64,000 nucleotides of DNA from Podarcis cretensis (GCA_951804945.1 OX638160.1:18290001-18354000); one strand, 5' to 3'. Counted from the first letter of the stretch, positions 13,885 to 25,986 are shown. The notes: generated by a model not told the origin, from the sequence alone. Made by a program: numbers and translations.

Positions 13885-14216
13885 AATGCTAGGCACCTTT
13901 TGTGACTGGGTAGAGATGTCCAGGCCACAACCCTTGGCACCTATCATCTCCACCTGCCTGGCTGCAGTCAGCTGGTCTGCCTGCATCTTTTGCTGCCGTG
14001 CTATCCTCACCAAGCACCTGATATGCCCAGCAGCACAGCAGCAAAATACGTGGGTGAATCAGGTGTTTGGCAGGGATAGAGCAGTAGCAAAAGATGCACC
14101 TATTTTGCTGCTGTTGTGCCTGGCAGACCAGCTGACTGCAGCCAGGCAGGTGGAGATGCTAGGGGCCAAGGGTGGTGCCTGGACATCTCCATCCAGTTGC
14201 AAAAGGCCTGGGTGTT
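13885..14216. repeat. ~330-bp fold-back (long inverted repeat) element
   Basis: Arms 13891-13981 and 14122-14209 include a perfect 37-bp complement (13945-13981 vs 14122-14158). There are further internal inverted segments. Confidence 0.9.
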
Positions 14217-14493
14217 AATTGAAAATATAAAATGTAATTTGAATTTTTGACCATGCTAAAATTTGTTGTAAAATCTCAATAAAAATAATTAAAAATAAAT
14301 GTATGGTGTCTATGCAGCTACACACAACTTTTCCATGCAGGCAAGCAGGAGACATCATCACAGTTCAAGAACACAATCTAGACAGGCAAAAGGACTGAAG
14401 AGGGATGTGGAGCAGCATTGGTGTGTGGTGTGGCTAGCGGAGGGTCTCAAAGTCTGACCTGGAGGGCTGCATTATGATTTGCCCTCTGCACTA

Positions 14494-14725
14494 GTTGTTG
14501 TTTAGTCATTTAGTCGTGTCCGACTCTTCATAACCCCATGGACCAGAGCACGCCAGGCACTCCTGTCTTCCACTGCCTCCTGCAGTTTGGTCAAACTCAT
14601 GCTGGTAGCTTCGAGAACACTGTCCAACCATCTCGTCCTCTGTCGTCCCCTTCTCCTTGTGCCCTCAATCTTTCCCAACATCAGGGTCTTTTCCAGGGAG
14701 TCTTCTCTTCTCATGAGGTGGCCAA
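14494..14725 (-). mobile_element. BovB (RTE clade) LINE, 5'-truncated 3' end
   Basis: Encodes MRREDSLEKTLMLGKIEGTRRRGRQRTRWLDSV…RTRLND with a (CAA)n tail. It is highly similar to 57242-57485. Confidence 0.95.
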
Positions 14726-15867
14726 TTTAATATAGAAGTGTCATCTGTGGTGCTGTAACAGCCTCTGTGATACTAGAACTAGACACAGTTCTAATTCTGA
14801 TACAATACCTGTGATAAATTTAACACGTCAAATGCTCCATCCCCCTTTTTATTTATGCAGGCAAGAGCCGTATTGGCAGAATTTGGAGTTGCTATACTTG
14901 ACTGTCTCCAGTACCAGCCTCTATTATTATTATTATTATTACTGCAAAATATTTTTGTGCCTTGTTTCCCCCTGGTTGCATTAATAAGTCTTGTGGGAGC
15001 TCAGACACGTTCATCTACAGGGACATAAAATCTGAGCTTATGAGGATTGTGTTTCACTGTCGGACTAAGTGGAGTTGGCAGCATCTTATCTTTTTTTGCA
15101 GCATGCGGGCACTGAGAGGTTGCCCATGAGGCAAATCTTCACTGTGTCACAGGTTCATGTTGTAACATGATAGCACACTGAGTGTTACAACATGGTTAGT
15201 CTTGCTGAGAGGGAATTTGGTGCAAAGGCATTAGCACAATGCGATTGGGACTGGCATTCCCTGCTTTTCCTTACCCTACCCTGCTCTGACTTCATGCTGC
15301 ACCATTGGGTGGGATGCCTCACTGTTCTCCCTCCCTTCTTGCCCCATCATAGAACTAGGACAGTGGTGTTAGTTGTGACAATCCATATCTTTACATCCTG
15401 TTTCTCCAAGCAGGAAAGGCTCAAATGATGTTGTGACATGGAATGCATTTGTAGAACATGTACAGACAACACCCATTCAGGGTGGGTTTGGGTTTGGGAA
15501 GAGCTATGAGTCAGAGTGGTCAAAATGAATATGTATCAAAGACTCCCACACTAGGTCTTTCTCTCACACATGGCTGCCTTCTTCCCATGTCTGTGTGGTG
15601 ACTTTAGTGAATGACAAAATCATGAGGCGCAAGCCTTAGTTCTCTAGACCTCACTATAACCTTTCCCTCTGTATCAGTGTTTCCAGTTTCCTGTGTTCCT
15701 GCCAGTTTCCAAATAGCCAAGCTCAAAAGAGTCACTTCAGGCAGTATTTTTAGTTTTTAGGCAATGAAAGGTAACTTTGTTACATTTTAAGGGTATGTAG
15801 CCTTTTGCCTGGCTAAGAATGATGGATGTTGCATGCACTGTTGGGCATCGCCCAAATAATGATATTA

Positions 15868-16114
15868 CAGTGGTACCTTGGTTCCTGAACTTAATCTTTT
15901 CTGGGAGTCCGTTCAATTCCCAAAACTGTTTGAAAACCAAGGCACGGCTTCCGATTGGCTGCAGGAGCTTCCTGCACTCAACTGGAAGCTGCAGAAGCTG
16001 CGTCGGACATTTGGCTTCCGAAAAATGTTTACAAACCTGAATACTTCTGGGTTTGCGGCATTCGGAAGCCGATTTGTTCGAAAACTAAGCCATTCCAGAA
16101 CCAAGGTACCACTG
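15868..16114. mobile_element. Tc1/mariner (Tigger/pogo-like) MITE
   Basis: 17-bp perfect TIR cagtggtaccttggttc…gaaccaaggtaccactg, with TA on both sides. Confidence 0.93.
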
Positions 16115-16168
16115 TATAGATAATCAGGGGTCCTGATTTAACCCACAAAATCATTCTGCTGCTCCAGC

Positions 16169-16541
16169 TGGGGCTGGGCAATGTATTGATACATTGTCCA
16201 AAATTGGTTTGAAGTCCACATTGCGGGAGCAGTTTCATAATATGCAACATGGCAATATATTGCGAATCACAATGTGTGTGTGCTATGTAAAAAATCACAG
16301 TATGGGAAAAACCATGAAGCTGGTCAAAACTTCTCTCATGATTGTTGCTTTAGACTATATGATAACAGTTGTAACAATATGTTAAAGGCAAAAAATAAAA
16401 AAATAAAAATCAGTTTAAGTAGTAGCAGTGGCCAGGATGTTACCCTATTTGCGTCTACATCGTTCCATTCTTATCTCAGACATTGTGATATATAGCTGGT
16501 GATATATCACAATGTTGTACACTAGACATTGTTCAGCCCTA
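16169..16541. mobile_element. Non-autonomous hAT element
   Basis: Imperfect TIR tggggctgggcaatgt…acattgttcagcccta. The flanks gctccagc/cccccagc (6/8) fit an 8-bp TSD. Confidence 0.7.
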
Positions 16542-17165
16542 CCCCCAGCCATGCCTACCTGTCCCATCCTTGATATGGTAAATGGCATCAGGGGCTCAGG
16601 GGTCAGGCAGGTAAAGGTGTGGCTGCCTCATCTTTGAAGTCCATTTGCAGGCAGTTTGTAGTGAAACCTCTTGCAAACAAACTTAATATCCCCTCACCCT
16701 TCTGTCAAACTGGGACCCTGTGGGGTGGGAGAAGGAAGGATCCAGTGCCCCACTCACAGATTAAGGCATCAGTTTGACCTTTTGAACAATGCTTTGGCAT
16801 GATATGAGCAGCCATGGTGAGTATAATAATTTAGTAGGATTCTTTTTTTAAATGCATTTTTACTTTCCACAGTATCCATTTGCTTTTTATAATTTTTTTA
16901 ATGATTGAAGATTGTTGCAAGTTTTTACTTTGAGTAATATCATGGTGTAGGACAGTAGCTTTCTTTTTTAAAAAAAGAAAAATCAACAGCCAACACATGT
17001 ATCCACATGTAGATTTGCTGTGCAAAATGCTGAGGTCTGGATTAGCTGGTCCTGTTTAACAGCAGTGTTATTCTTAGTAGCGGAGATAGGTTGCATTGGA
17101 TTTTGGGAGTGGGGAATAACTATTGTTTTTACATATACTGTAGTTAGCCATTGCACAATGGCTAT

Positions 17166-17166
17166 T

Positions 17167-17205
<39 letters not shown>

Positions 17206-17206
17206 T
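17166..17206. repeat. (TTTA)n microsatellite
   Basis: Directly visible. Confidence 0.95.
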
Positions 17207-18283
17207 GAGATATATAGATATTGGGAGTGCCCCATAAGTTGTTAGTGCTACTACACTACTGAACTGGCATTAATTTCAGTGTTGATGACCTAGTGTGGCA
17301 CAGTGGGTACATTGGGTTTGGATGGGAGAGACCTAGCTACAAATCACTGCTCCACTTCCAAGCCCATTGTGTGCCTAGGGCATGCTGCCCTCTCTGAAGT
17401 CAAGTGGGGCCACCACCTAGCTACAACTCAGGAAATCTGAGTCTGGTATGACCACCCTGAATGGGTGACCATCTAGATAACTCCTGGATTTCACAGTAGA
17501 AGAAAGGCAAGAAAATGAATAAAACACCTGCCTTGGAGAACTGTAAAATGTACTTACAGTCTCAGGCTGCCCTGGTTTACTGGCTGCTGGTTTACACTGT
17601 GTTGTCCTTTTAACATCGGGTTGTTTTTTTCGATGGAACACCACCTTGTGATTTCAAAAGGAAGGCAGTATATTGATATTTTAAATATAATAATGATTAA
17701 AATATGTTGAATTGTATGTCTTGAGCACATTGGTGTCCATGCATATACTAATGTTTTTACTGAACAGACACTAGGGATGAGTGGAACAGAACAGTTGCAT
17801 TCCAGAATAATTTTGAGATTCCCGGATCCTTTTGGTTCTGCTTTGGTTGACTCCCAGTTGAATGCACATCTTGTTGCTGCTTAATATGCTGTCTCTGGGT
17901 TCATGTGGTAATGGTAAGCCAGAGTTCAACAAGCTATGTCTTACCAGGAATGAGTGAGCATGCTGCTGCTACACACTGCTCAAATTCCTCCCTCCTGTGC
18001 CCTTTGTGATGCCAGGAGGAAACAAACCAGAGTGCTGGCTTAGTCTTGTGTACAAACCAGTCTTCGAGGTTTGTATCTCTTCAGACAACCCATAAGAACA
18101 AGCCAAGAACAAATAACCGTCTATTCTTGGCTTGTTCTCATTGTTTATTTGAGAGAAACAAACCTTGAGTGCTGGTTTGCATGTAAGCCAGTTGTTGTGG
18201 CTTGTTTCCTCCTAATGTGGCAGAGGGTAGTGGGTTCAGTTGGAGCACTGTGCACCCAGTATGTTTGCACATTCCTAATAAGC

Positions 18284-18463
18284 CAGGCATGTCCAAAGTC
18301 TGTTTCGGGGGCCTAATGCGGCCCATCGGTTGATTTAATCCGGCCCCCGAGGCTGTACATATCCTGGGGTAAAATCCTAAAAAGCTCAACAACTTTGGTC
18401 AGCCCTCACGCATGTTCACTTCATCAAATCTGGCCCTTTTTGAAAAAAGTCTGAGCACCCCTG
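18284..18463 (+). mobile_element. hAT-Charlie-like MITE
   Basis: caggcatgtccaaag…ggccctttttgaaaaaagtctgagcacccctg. A second copy is at 32986-33165. Confidence 0.8.
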
Positions 18464-19122
18464 TGTTTGGCTCACAGTTGAATGCAAACCAGTAATGTGT
18501 TAGTAAATAAAAAGAGCACCATAGGGTAATGAGGGATGAGGCAGCCAAAGTTAGCAACCAGTTCTTAGCTGTACAGAGGGGTGTCAACCTGGGACACAGG
18601 CATGCTGCAGGAAAGAGCCAGAAAACTGCTAGAAAAGAAGTCGCAGCAATTTGCAGATTCCTGAAGTAAACATTTTGCAATACTAATTAAAAAGGAAACG
18701 GAATAACATTTGCAGTCCTTTTCAAGTATAGAAAGGCCCTAAACTGTGTATGTATCTCCCCCCTCCCTTGTAGAAATAAATCCTGGATCAGTGTTGCAAT
18801 TGATGGTTTAACTTAATATGTAACAAGAAACAAGAGCCTTTTTGTTAGTTTGTTTTGTTCTCTTGTTTTTAAAATTCTTACTAACTGTAAACATAGTTCT
18901 GGAACAGATGATCCTGCACTGTTAAGAACCTTTTCAGACTAATCTTGATCAAATAGCCCATTGCAGAGCACTCTGCGCTCTTTATTGCTGAGAGAAAATG
19001 TTAAATGCTGTATGCAAGAATCTTGCCACTTTGTTCATCATGTAGGGTGTGTGTACTTTTAAGTCTGTTTCTTGCATCTAATGGAAGAGACTGAAACCAT
19101 AAGCCAACCACTGTCAATAAGG

Positions 19123-19460
19123 CAGTGGTGGGGAAATCTTATGCCCAGGGAGCAAATCTCCCCCTAAGGTCCCTTTATCTTTTTCTTGCCCTCAGAACTC
19201 ACCCCAGGCTGCACCCTTCACTGGCCTTTCTTCACCCCAAGTGTTTTTGTCTAACTGGAATCTGCCCTTCTGATGCCTCTTGCCTATCTGGAAGGAAGGT
19301 TGAGGGGGCTATGTGAGTGTCTGTAGAAACTAGCTTACTGTGCCAAGGCAAAACTTACATTCAGTGCTCAACCCACTTTTTCCTCTGGCCCTGCCCACTA
19401 TTGACATGTGGTCTTTGGAAGGGAATGCAGCGTATTCTTTATCAAAGAGTTGTCACAGTA
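19123..19460 (+). mobile_element. Old hAT-type MITE (~340 bp)
   Basis: Starts cagtggtggggaa. The body gaaactagcttactg…acattcagtgctcaacccacttt…ctggccctgcccac is shared with 37300-37642 and with antisense pieces at about 14320-14490 and 63449-63590. Confidence 0.7.
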
Positions 19461-20076
19461 CTAGTTTATGGTATTATCAAGGTACTGGTGGGACATCATA
19501 GTCTTCAGAAAAATATTACAATATGACATAAAAACGTGAATTCTAAGTTTGAATACAGGAATGAACTAGTGTACGGTATTACACCAACAGGTCAAGCTTC
19601 ATGAGGGCAGGAGGAATATTATGAAGGGGCTGTGGAGTACTCTGTGAGTCAGGATGATGAGCTTGAGCCATCAAGTTTCAAATAAAAGAAAAATCCACTC
19701 CTTTGCCTGCAATTTACTTGAGAGTCCTTTAGCTACTGTAAGATGATTTGGAATGGACTTAATTTTAATTATTCTACTGCTGCTTTGATTTTGTTTGATT
19801 GTGGAGAGAGTGAATGAAGTCTGCTATCCCGCTCCTTTACTAAAATTTGATGAAATTGATTTGCCAGTACATTCTTGATAGCAAGCAGAGTACCTCTTCT
19901 TCATGTAACATGCTGTTAATGTACAGAATTCACCACTTCCACAAAATGCAAGGATGGCTATTAACGTAAGCTTTTGGTGGATTTTAAAAAGAGTTGAATG
20001 CAGGGATTGGCCACGATACCTAAATGGTACCTCCATGTTTGCAGGTAGTATACAGACTCTCCTGGAGACAGGACTG

Positions 20077-20228
20077 TAGGAAGCTGCTTTATATTGAGTC
20101 AGACAATCAGTTGCTCTCCAGGGTTTCAGACAGGGGGTCCTTCCCAGCTTTGGCTGGAGTTGCCAGGAATTCATCCTGGGGTCTTCTGCATGCAAAGTGG
20201 ATGCTGTACCACTGAGCTATGGCCCTTT
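20077..20228 (-). mobile_element. tRNA(Ala-like)-derived SINE
   Basis: The minus strand reads gggccatagctcagtggtacagcatccactttgcatgcagaag…tataaagcagcttcct. Same family as 25801, 50265, 58762 and 62895. Confidence 0.8.
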
Positions 20229-22205
20229 CCAGATATATATGGTAATGTGGAAGGGCTGTTGCCTTCATACTCCAGTTTTTTTGTCCATGGAGGCATCTGG
20301 CTTGATGCTTTTAGCAGTAGGATGCTGGACTTCATAGATCCCTTGTCTGGACCACAGGAGTCTTCTATTCTTACTGTGCCTTTTTAAAAAAATGTTAATG
20401 ATCTTTCATTTGATTGCATTGTACTTCTGGGGTATTTTAGCGTGTAAGTTAATTTGTACATAAACCTTAAAACCCCCAAACCAAATATATTTGAAATCCA
20501 ATTTCTTGCCTAAAGATAACAAAAACAACTTCATCGCAAATCACCTGTTTTGTAGCCTTATGTAAGTATCTTTCCATAGAAAATGTGCATCATATTTGTC
20601 CTATAGATGCTGAGAAAACAAGGTATGTTCTTTAATGTGATGGTGGCCATTTTGATGATGTCATCTCAGCTGTCTGCTACACATGAGAGAGGGGCCTTAG
20701 ATACCCTTCAACTTTGGAGGACTGTGAATCAAACAAACCCATCTGTATTTAATTATGTTCCCTGACTGTATATTTTTAAACAGAAAAGTTATAAATATAT
20801 GTATGGTGAAGGGAGGAGGAGAAGAAGTTGAACATAGTGTGTTGTCTTCCTCAGGGTCTACATTCTCCTTGAAAGTTGTATAATGATGTTACTTTGCCTG
20901 TAAGGATTTCTGGTGCTAAAAGACCAGCTGCTCAGGCTCCACTATGATGTCCCAGAGTTCTGACCTGGTTCTGCTTATAGATAACCTCAGCTTCAAAAAA
21001 GCTAAAGTCTTAATACCAAAGTGGAATGCACTGGGTTTATGTTACAAAAGTCCTATAAAAATAATATTGAGTGTTCATTTTAATATCTAGCAGGATCAGA
21101 AAGCCCTGTACAATGCTTTCCTGAAAAAGCCTCAGTATTCCAAATCAGTACTGGAATATGCAGCAGCTCCATGTTGGGAATTTAAAGGTGATATGAAAGT
21201 CATTTTGTAGAAAGAAAGAAACTGTGTGGTCCTTCCTTCCCAGTTTGGTTATGGTGCAACACATTAAGCATTCAGTGTGTGGAATAAATGTAAAAGCCCC
21301 CCTGTTTTGTTGGGGAAACTATAGATTTCTCTCTGTGGTTTGTTTTTCTCTGTGGCAGGGATGGGCTCCCAGCCCCCATCAGCCCCAGCCAGCATGGCCA
21401 GCAGTCATGGATGATGGGATCTGTAGTTCAACAGCATAGGGAGGCCACAGGTTTGCCATCTCTGCCCCATAGCTTCCCAACATCTGGCTCCACAGTTATG
21501 TTCCTCCTGGCCTCATTTGAATAACAAAGCCATGAGCAGTGGGTTAGCTTCATTCCTTGCCCCCCCCCCCAATTTTTGAGCCAGCAGGACAGGTAGCTAG
21601 CTACATCCAAGAGTGCTGACAGCATAATTTCCGGAACACTAAATTTGCTAATGTGCTTGGTAAGGATGTTCTGCAGCTGTGAAAATTTTGTTTATGCTGA
21701 TCTACAAAACTGAAGGTGTTAAGTCATTGTGACAGACACAAACATTTTTCTATTTTTATTTTTTCTTTGCAGGTATATGTGAGAGGAACATGCACACACA
21801 TCTGGCATAATTGGCAGCAGTAGCTAAATACGAATCCATGGCCAGTTTAGCATATACCTAGTTAAGGGATTTTTTGCAAGAATTTTGGGATGCCTAGAAA
21901 GTGAGACTTGGGTTTTGGACTAGGGGAGAGATTTGCATGATAAATGAACACGCATTGCCAAGCTGATGCCTTCCAGCATATGCTGGCTGGAGCTGATGGG
22001 AGTTGTAGTTAAGAACAACAGGAGGGCATTGGGTTGGCAAATGCTGTATTCTGGTTTAAACTGGTTGTTGAGCTGGCTACAAATGGAGGCACTTTTTGTA
22101 CTTCTTTGCTTGTGGATCTGCAAGATGTAGGCACACACCCACACACCTCACACACTCCAAAACTGCTTAGGATCTCGCTCCTGTTGCCAAGATGCAAAGT
22201 AGATA

Positions 22206-22797
22206 CAGTGGTGCCCCGCAAGACGAACGCCTCGCAAGACGGAAAACCCGCTAGACGAAAGGGTTTTCCGTTTTGGAGGCGCTTCGCAAAACGAATTTCC
22301 CTATGGGCTTCCTTCGCAAGACGAAAGCCCATAGGGAAATCTCCGGGACAGCGGGGAAGCGCAGCGCGTCTTCCCCACTGTCCTCGGACCTCCTCCGAAG
22401 GCTGGCGGTGGGGCGGAGAGACCTCCTCCCGCCGCCAGCCTTCGGATGGCTGTCCTGAAGACTTGCGGTGGGAGGTGGGTTTTCCTTCCCACCGCCAACT
22501 TTCAGAATGCTGTTCTGAATGTTGGCGTGGGGAGGAAAAACCCTCCTCCCACCGCAAGCCCCGGGAACAGAGGAGAAGCGCTGCGCGCCTTCCCCTCTGT
22601 TCCCGTACCTGTCCTGAAGGCTTGCGGTGGGGAGAGAAGCCCTTCTCCGCACCGCCAGCCTGGCAAGCGGTCTCCATAGGAACGCATTAATTGATTTTCA
22701 ATGCATTCCTATGGGAAACCGTGCTTCGCAAGACAAAAAACTCGCAAGAAGAAAAAACTTGCGGAACGAATTAATTTCGTCTTGTGAGGCACCACTG
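22206..22797 (+). mobile_element. Young Tc1/mariner-type MITE, long variant (592 bp) with GC-rich internal hairpin array
   Basis: TIRs cagtggtgccccgcaagacgaa…ttcgtcttgtgaggcaccactg, TA on both sides, CpGs largely retained. Confidence 0.93.
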
Positions 22798-23181
22798 TAT
22801 CTCTCTTTAACCAAAGAGGATCTGGCATAATTTGTCCTGTTTTGCAGATGACATGTGGTTAGGACCCTCCCCGCCCAGAGGCATTATGCCAACTGTCACT
22901 GAGCTGGTTCTTAGCAGCCATTCCTGATAAATTGCTTTTGAATCATTAGTGAGTTTGTATCGGTAAGTTGAGGTTATTTAGTCAGAAGCTGATATACATC
23001 AAATACAGAGTAGGGCTGTCAGGACAACCATAGAGAAAGGAAAAGGGGGAACCAGTATACATACACACAAAAATGAGTGGGCAAAAGTCTATAAAGGCAT
23101 TGATATGTTAGGGTTCCCCGCCCCTTTACTGATATGCCTGTGTGTGTGTGTGAGAGAGAGAGTGAGAATATGAAATTGATA

Positions 23182-23474
23182 CAGTGGTGCCTCGCAAGAC
23201 GAAAAGAATCCGTTCCGCGATTCTCTTCATCTAGCGGTTTTTTCGTCTTGCGAAGCAAGCCCATTGATGGCTTAGCGGATTAGCGCTATTAGCGGTTTAG
23301 CGGCTTTTAGCGGCTTAGCGGATAAGCGGCTTAGCGGCTTAGAAAAAGGGGGGGGGGAGGAAAAAAACCCCGCAGGAACTTGCAAGACATTTTCGTCTTG
23401 CAAAGCAAGCCCATAGGAAATTCGTCTAGCGAGTTTTCCGTCTTGCGAGGCATTCGTCTTGCGGGGCACCACTG
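23182..23474 (-). mobile_element. Same MITE family, short variant with internal (TTAGCGGC)-like tandem units
   Basis: TIRs cagtggtgcctcgcaagacgaa…ttcgtcttgcggggcaccactg with TA flanks. It is the reverse complement of 24160-24462. Confidence 0.93.
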
Positions 23475-23476
23475 TA

Positions 23477-23698
23477 GAATGTTACTCTGGATACATACTT
23501 AATTTGTTCCGGAGGTCCATTCTTAACCTGAAACTGTTCTTAACCTGAAGCACCACTTTAGCTAATGGGGCCCCCCACTGCTGCTGCGCCGCCGCGCAAT
23601 TTCTGTTCTCATCCTGAAGCAAAGTTCTTAACCCGAGGTAATATTTCTGGGTTAGCGGAGTCTGTAACCTGAAGCGTATGTAACCCGAGGTACCACTG
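23477..23698. mobile_element. Tigger-like MITE with degenerate left TIR
   Basis: The right end gtaacccgaggtaccactg+TA is intact. The left end gaatgttactctggatacat is degenerate and starts right after the TA of the preceding MITE. Confidence 0.85.
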
Positions 23699-24084
23699 TA
23701 TTTGAATGCTCCATCATGAGTCGCTTTGAGGTCAACTTTGTTGCTGGAAAAGTGGCATGCAACTATCAAAGCAAAGCAAGTTCAAATGGATCCATGACAT
23801 ATCTCTGGCACCTGAAAGGCAGCTGTTTGCAGGAAAGGGGAGAGGTCAGGGGTTAGACAGCTGGTTCCAAAGCAACATGTGAAAGTACTACAAAATAACA
23901 ACAAGAAAAAATGTTTATGCTTCAGGATGATGTGACAATTCTCCTGACTCATCATCTGAGAGCATACATGGATATGTTTTGTAGTGCATCCATTCTTTGT
24001 GGAAGAGCCTAGGTTTTTTTGCAGTCATCATAATCAACAATAAGAGTGACCCATCTGAGAGTCCCAACAACATACTACTACTAT

Positions 24085-25260
24085 TTTGCCAAACCTTTAT
24101 TAGGCATTACAAATATAGGCCACCATAAAGCATCCATTTATACAATTTAAAAATATATACAGTGGTGCCCCGCAAGACGAACGCCTTGCAAGACGGAAAA
24201 CCTGCTAGACGAAAGGGTTTTCCGTTTTGGAGGTGCTTCGCAAAACGAATTTCCCTATGGGCTTGCTTTGCAAGACGAAAATGTCTTGCGAGTTCCTGTG
24301 GGTTTTTCCCCCTCCCCCCCTTTTTCTAAGCCGCTAAAAGCCGCTAAGCCGCTAATAGCGCTAATCCGCTAAGCCGTCAGTGGGCTTGCTTTGCAAGACG
24401 AAAAAACCGCTAGACGAAGAGAATCGCGGAACGGATTCTTTTCGTCTTGCGAGGCACCACTGTACAAATAAACAGCCATGTAAAAATATGTAATGAGGAT
24501 TTCCATCCCACCTGAGTTTCTTCCTGCTAAATAGTGCCATTCACCACTCTGAGAGATACTATTGATAAAAACTCAGTCACTCTTGTGGTTATTTCCAGGT
24601 TAATGTCAGACAGATAGAATCTGATATTTTCATTGTTTCGTGATGTTAGACTACCTTAAAAAAGGGGATAGCACATGTTTGCATAGCCAGTTGTTGGACA
24701 GTAGAAAGGAACATGTTCTACTGTGTCCAGCGCATTCAAAAAACATCTGCAATGTCTATCGTTTCTGGAGATTTTAAAATATCTGCCCTTGACAAAAGCT
24801 GAGGGAAAAGCATTCCATTGGGCTAACATAAAGGCCTTGCATTGGACTAGAATTACAAATTTTGAAATATAAGTGAGCCTGTTATCTGTTGTTTTTAGAC
24901 CATAAGACTTGGGGATGAATATTTATTTACAGCTGACTTGATGTTTTGTTTTTCAATGTCCCTTAATCTGATTTGAATATTACGATAAATATATTGCGCA
25001 CTTGAATTATACAAGAGTTCTAAGTCAATACCATTACATCTGATTTTGCTATGTAGGAGTTGAAACCATCTGGATTTATAAAAGTCCTTAAGTAAGAAAG
25101 CAGACTAGAAGGTTGGCAACGGAAATGGCAACGCAACCAGGTTTTTTATAGTGCTAGCCCACACCCAATATTCCATTGTGTGTATACCTAGTTCTGCACG
25201 CATCATCTCATATCTGGGAATATATATATTTTCTAATTTGTGTAACCTTATTTGCAGAGA
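24085..25260 (-). mobile_element. Degenerate LINE 3' part, RTE-X-like, interrupted by a MITE
   Basis: Manual minus-strand translation gives MRAELGIHTMEYWVWAST… and KAFMLAQWNAFPSAFVKGRYFKISRNDRHCRCFLNALDTVEHVPFYCP (C-terminal CCHC-type motif). It ends in aataaaggtttg. Confidence 0.7.
24160..24462 (+). mobile_element. Same MITE family as 23182, short variant
   Basis: TIRs cagtggtgccccgcaagacgaa…ttcgtcttgcgaggcaccactg with TA flanks. It is inserted into an older LINE 3'UTR. Confidence 0.93.
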
Positions 25261-25596
25261 ATTGCCACCAAGTAAAGGTCACTGGCTTATTCCGCACTCC
25301 ATTCATTGCTGAATGAGGGCAAAGAAAACACTGGGCACTGGGTTAAAGGAGAATATAAGAGGATCTCTCAGTGCTCTGCTTGCCATCATCTTGTATTTGC
25401 CAGTTTGTGCTCTGTGATCGTAAAACTTGATGCAAGGAAGGGAGGTGATGCTTGATGTCAACACCAGATCAGTTACTGACAGCAAGTGCCAGTTTAAAAA
25501 GACGTTTAGGGAGATGTGCAGTGCTTCAGGCAAAAATGTTCTTGTGTTGCAAGCAAGATTCTGATCAAAGAATAAAGCAAATGTGTCTGGTGTAAA

Positions 25597-25597
<1 letters not shown>

Positions 25598-25642
<45 letters not shown>
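25598..25642. repeat. (AAT)15 microsatellite
   Basis: Directly visible. Confidence 0.97.
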
Positions 25643-25643
<1 letters not shown>

Positions 25644-25800
25644 GTTGTGCCTATGAAGAAGGGGTTTTAAGTCTGATAAAGGCAAGGAGCTTACCATTTT
25701 TAGGAATTTGTTGGCCACTCTTGCCCCGTCCCCAGAATGGGAACCTGGACTACTTTTTTTGGTCAAAAAGCAGAGGGCCCAGCCTCTTGGCTGGCATAGC

Positions 25801-25986
25801 AGGGCCATTGCTCAGGAGTAGAGTACGTGCTTTGCACATAGAATACCCCAAATTCAGTCCCTTGCAACAACAAGTAGGGCTGTGAATGATCCCTGCCTGA
25901 AACTGTGGAGAGCCGTTGCCACTTGCTGCAGACAATACTGAGTTAAATGGACCAATGTTCTGACACTATAAGGCTCCTTCCATATA
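25801..25986 (+). mobile_element. tRNA(Ala-like)-derived SINE
   Basis: gggccattgctcaggagtagag…ctttgcacatag…gacaatactgagttaaatggaccaatg. Confidence 0.75.

Noticed and set aside
22345-22662. CRISPR-like or attC-like array of palindromic repeats
   Set aside because: Vertebrate context, no unique spacers of constant length, no cas or integrase gene, and it is enclosed by MITE TIRs.
22009-22830. Overlapping 130-222-aa ORFs on both strands
   Set aside because: They arise from the GC-rich, stop-poor repetitive interior of a MITE, with no protein family signature.
25506-25885. Poly-N / poly-Y ORFs (also poly-I / poly-L at 53102-53421)
   Set aside because: Translations of trinucleotide microsatellites.
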